Positions 49,356 to 51,544 of a DNA stretch of 51,544 nucleotides are shown here, piece by piece. Made by a program: the position numbers and the translations under genes. The first letter of the stretch is position 1; every line of letters begins with the position of its first letter. This DNA comes from Candidatus Bathyarchaeota archaeon (GTDB taxonomy: Archaea > Thermoproteota > Bathyarchaeia > Bathyarchaeales > Bathycorpusculaceae): positions 1 through 51,544 of the forward strand of contig CAVYRJ010000013.1 in assembly GCA_963770935.1 (NCBI GenBank), read 5' to 3'. The notes under the pieces are model-generated. The model saw nothing but the letters and a program-made list of their open reading frames with translations, searched no databases and had not been told where the DNA came from.

Positions 49356-50306
49356 TTAAGCTTGTGTTTCTGAATCATCCTCTTCTTGGTCGCCAAGCAT
49401 AAGCTGGAATTCTTCCCAGTTTACCTTTTCACCACGCTGGAGTCTTTCTTTAGCCTCTGCACCAATTTTTTCTTTAATTTCCTTTTCCTTAACTTCCCGT
49501 TGCGCTTGTTCCTCTTTTCGCTTTGATTGATCCTCGCTTCTTTTAGCCTCTTCCTCTGCTCTTCGACTTTGTGTTTGCTCCCTAAGAGTTGTTCTAATGC
49601 TTTTTGATTGCCCAATCAACATACCTATTTGTCCATACCAAAGATTATTTTGTTCCTTTGCATTAACAAACGCTTGATGGAGGCTATCGGCTTCAGCCCT
49701 GTCCTTTTTGACGGCAATTAGTTTGTCCATCATTGTGGCGTGTAATTCTTGGCTTTTCTTAGCTAAATCCGTCAATTCCTTATGGAATACATCTGCTTGG
49801 TCATCAATTATCTTACGCTGGACAAGTAACCCTTTGATTTTTTGATGTTTTTTATCGATTTTTTTGTAACCTTTAAGCTGCAACTCAAGCTCTTTCACTT
49901 CGCCAACGAGCCTTTTCTCTTCCTGGGTATCAAGTGAAGTTGTTGAAATTTTCCATTCAATTGCATCAAGTTCCTCCTGCAATTCACGTTGGCTCACACG
50001 CGGAACCTTTTTCTTAAGTTCAGCAATTTGCCCATCTATCACATTTACTTCTTCCATAATTGGTGTTGCCTTGGCTCGGATGATGTCTCTTTGTTCCTTG
50101 AGCAACTTTACCTTCTCATTGAGGGCGTCTCTTTCAGTTTTAATCTGGTTGATTTCCTCGCGGGACTTTCGTACTTGCTCGTGTAATTGGTTTCTTTTCT
50201 CTATGTATTTTTTGATTTGAGTGTTGGCTTCACCAATTTGCTTCTTTATTTTGTCTATTTGAAGGTTAATGTTTCCTTCTTGGCTTATTTTTTGATTCTG
50301 TGTCAC
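49356..50306 (-). CDS. archaeal long coiled-coil protein
   Basis: K/E/Q-rich heptads; LEWKIST-like segment; C-terminal RGEKVNWEEFQLM. Confidence 0.8.
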   Translation of the reverse strand: MTQNQKISQEGNINLQIDKIKKQIGEANTQIKKYIEKRNQLHEQVRKSREEINQIKTERDALNEKVKLLKEQRDIIRAKATPIMEEVNVIDGQIAELKKKVPRVSQRELQEELDAIEWKISTTSLDTQEEKRLVGEVKELELQLKGYKKIDKKHQKIKGLLVQRKIIDDQADVFHKELTDLAKKSQELHATMMDKLIAVKKDRAEADSLHQAFVNAKEQNNLWYGQIGMLIGQSKSIRTTLREQTQSRRAEEEAKRSEDQSKRKEEQAQREVKEKEIKEKIGAEAKERLQRGEKVNWEEFQLMLGDQEEDDSETQA

Positions 50307-50468
50307 GTGTTAGCCTCTGTACTGTTATGTCGAGAGTTGATACTTAGCTTTGCTTTCGGAATTTATATTGGTTTACTTTAGAAAACCTCAGCAAAGCCAT
50401 AATAATCCTGTTTTTGGGCATTATAATTTTAAATATGTGCTGGCACCATGTTTGGGTGGGATGGAAAC

Positions 50469-50877
50469 ATGACCTTCAACTACGATGACCTACTAAAGCG
50501 AGCTTGCGCTCAAATGCCTCAAGTCTCCGAAAAACGTGAACGTTTAGAGATGCCAAGATTATTCGTTAATACCGTTGGTATGCGTACAATAATTTCAAAT
50601 TTTAAAGAAGTCGCTGATGCCTTAGACCGCGACCCACAACACATCTTAAAATTCTTAACCCGAGAAATGGCTACGGCGGCAACTTTCCATGATTCACGAG
50701 CTATTTTTCAAGGAAAATTCCAACGTGATAGCTTTGAACGCTTACTGCAGAGGTACTAGAAGGTTATGTTACTTGTCCAGTTTGTAAACGCCCTGACACC
50801 AGAATAGTTAAAGAAGAAAAACGCTTGTCTTTGGTTGTAACGCTTGCGGTGCAAAATCATCTATTAAACAGTTATGA
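50469..50877 (+). CDS. eif2b: translation initiation factor aIF-2 beta, with indels in the 3' third
   Basis: YDDLLKRA, TIISNF, LDRDPQHILKFLTREMAT; shifted frames give YVTCPVCKRPDT...CNACGA. Confidence 0.9.
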
Positions 50878-50888
50878 GAGAGCTGAAA

Positions 50889-51180
50889 TTGGAAGTTTAC
50901 CTTAACATAAAAAAAATGGGGCAAAACGTGCTCTTGGCTGTTTGCGACTGCGATTTGTTGAGCAAGTTCGGGAAGGCAAAATTGTTTTTAAAATAAAAGA
51001 CGAGTTTTATAATGGACAAAAGCAACAGTTGATGAGGCTGTTGGTTTGATTAGTAATTCAACTATTGTGAACCTTGTTGGGAAGACCTGCGTGGAAACAG
51101 CCATTGCTCAAGGATATGTTCACCCTGAAGCAGTAATAAAAATAGAAGGCATCCCTCACGCCCAGATAGTAAAGCTTTGA
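50889..51180 (+). CDS. DUF424-like protein, with indels
   Basis: VLLAVCDCDLL...EFYNG...NSTIVNLVGKTCVETAIAQGYVHPEAVIKIEGIPHAQIVKL*. Confidence 0.8.
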
Positions 51181-51213
51181 CAATGCTTTTGGACAAATAG
51201 TTAAAATCTGGGT

Positions 51214-51544
51214 TTATCTTCGCTTTCTGAATACTTTAGCCTCTCCTATGTCACATACGTATTCGAATCCGGCTTCTATTAGTTGCAGTGCTTCTGTTTC
51301 AGTTTTTATAGCTGTTTTTGCGTGGTATTCGTCGCCGCCTTTTGAGAAGCAGGCTATCTCTAGGTCTATGTAAATCAGCGTGTTTTTTACGTCTCGGTGG
51401 CCCAGAAACTTCATAACATAGAGAATGTCTCGCGTTTGATGGTATAGCTGTGTTGCCTTATAGTGTCGGAAGGTGTGGTAATGAATTTTAAGTATTCGAG
51501 GGTTTTTTAGTTTCTCAGCTACTCTTAGTCGTTGATGGCTTAGT
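51214..51544 (-). CDS. tyrosine recombinase/integrase, C-terminal part (runs off the window edge)
   Basis: IHYHTFRHYKAT (HxxR), LGHRDVKNTLIY (H...Y). Confidence 0.88.
   Translation of the reverse strand, partial: LSHQRLRVAEKLKNPRILKIHYHTFRHYKATQLYHQTRDILYVMKFLGHRDVKNTLIYIDLEIACFSKGGDEYHAKTAIKTETEALQLIEAGFEYVCDIGEAKVFRKRR

Noticed and set aside
453-51180. About ten split genes as programmed frameshifting or mass pseudogenisation
   Set aside because: Most breaks are 1-nt indels in short homopolymers with no shared slippery motif, and they include essential aIF-2beta. Sequencing or assembly error is the simpler explanation; read re-polishing would settle it.

Overview
Archaeal chromosomal window, most likely Bathyarchaeia. 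This is inferred from aIF-2beta, DUF424, DUF373, archaeal YchF/UppS/AsnRS, a four-subunit POR and two large membrane-anchored PQQ-type beta-propeller paralogues. Layout: (1) 1-2620, a minus-strand run of small virus-like ORFs ending in a 14/28-bp repeat array; (2) 2986-12030, an accessory region with a sensor kinase, a beta-propeller gene, alkaline phosphatase, three decayed copies of the 3' end of an ABC-ATPase/GNAT gene, and a ~225-nt highly base-paired candidate ncRNA; (3) 12231-29896, housekeeping and transport genes (dnaJ, acs, MFS, P-type ATPase, asnS, CDF); (4) 30136-38556, a tightly coupled operon joining surface proteins, a DsbD-like membrane protein, a membrane polyferredoxin, a single HGD-D/double-cubane-like subunit, a BzdP/BzdQ-type activase pair and a ferredoxin; (5) porGDAB, tRNA-Asn, an IS, a ParB-like gene, core genes and a truncated tyrosine recombinase. 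About ten genes, including essential aIF-2beta, carry 1-nt indels, which points to assembly error. The best candidates for new biology are the 8644-8868 structured RNA and the 31172-38556 ATP-dependent reductase operon. All calls are by eye; no database search or folding program was run.
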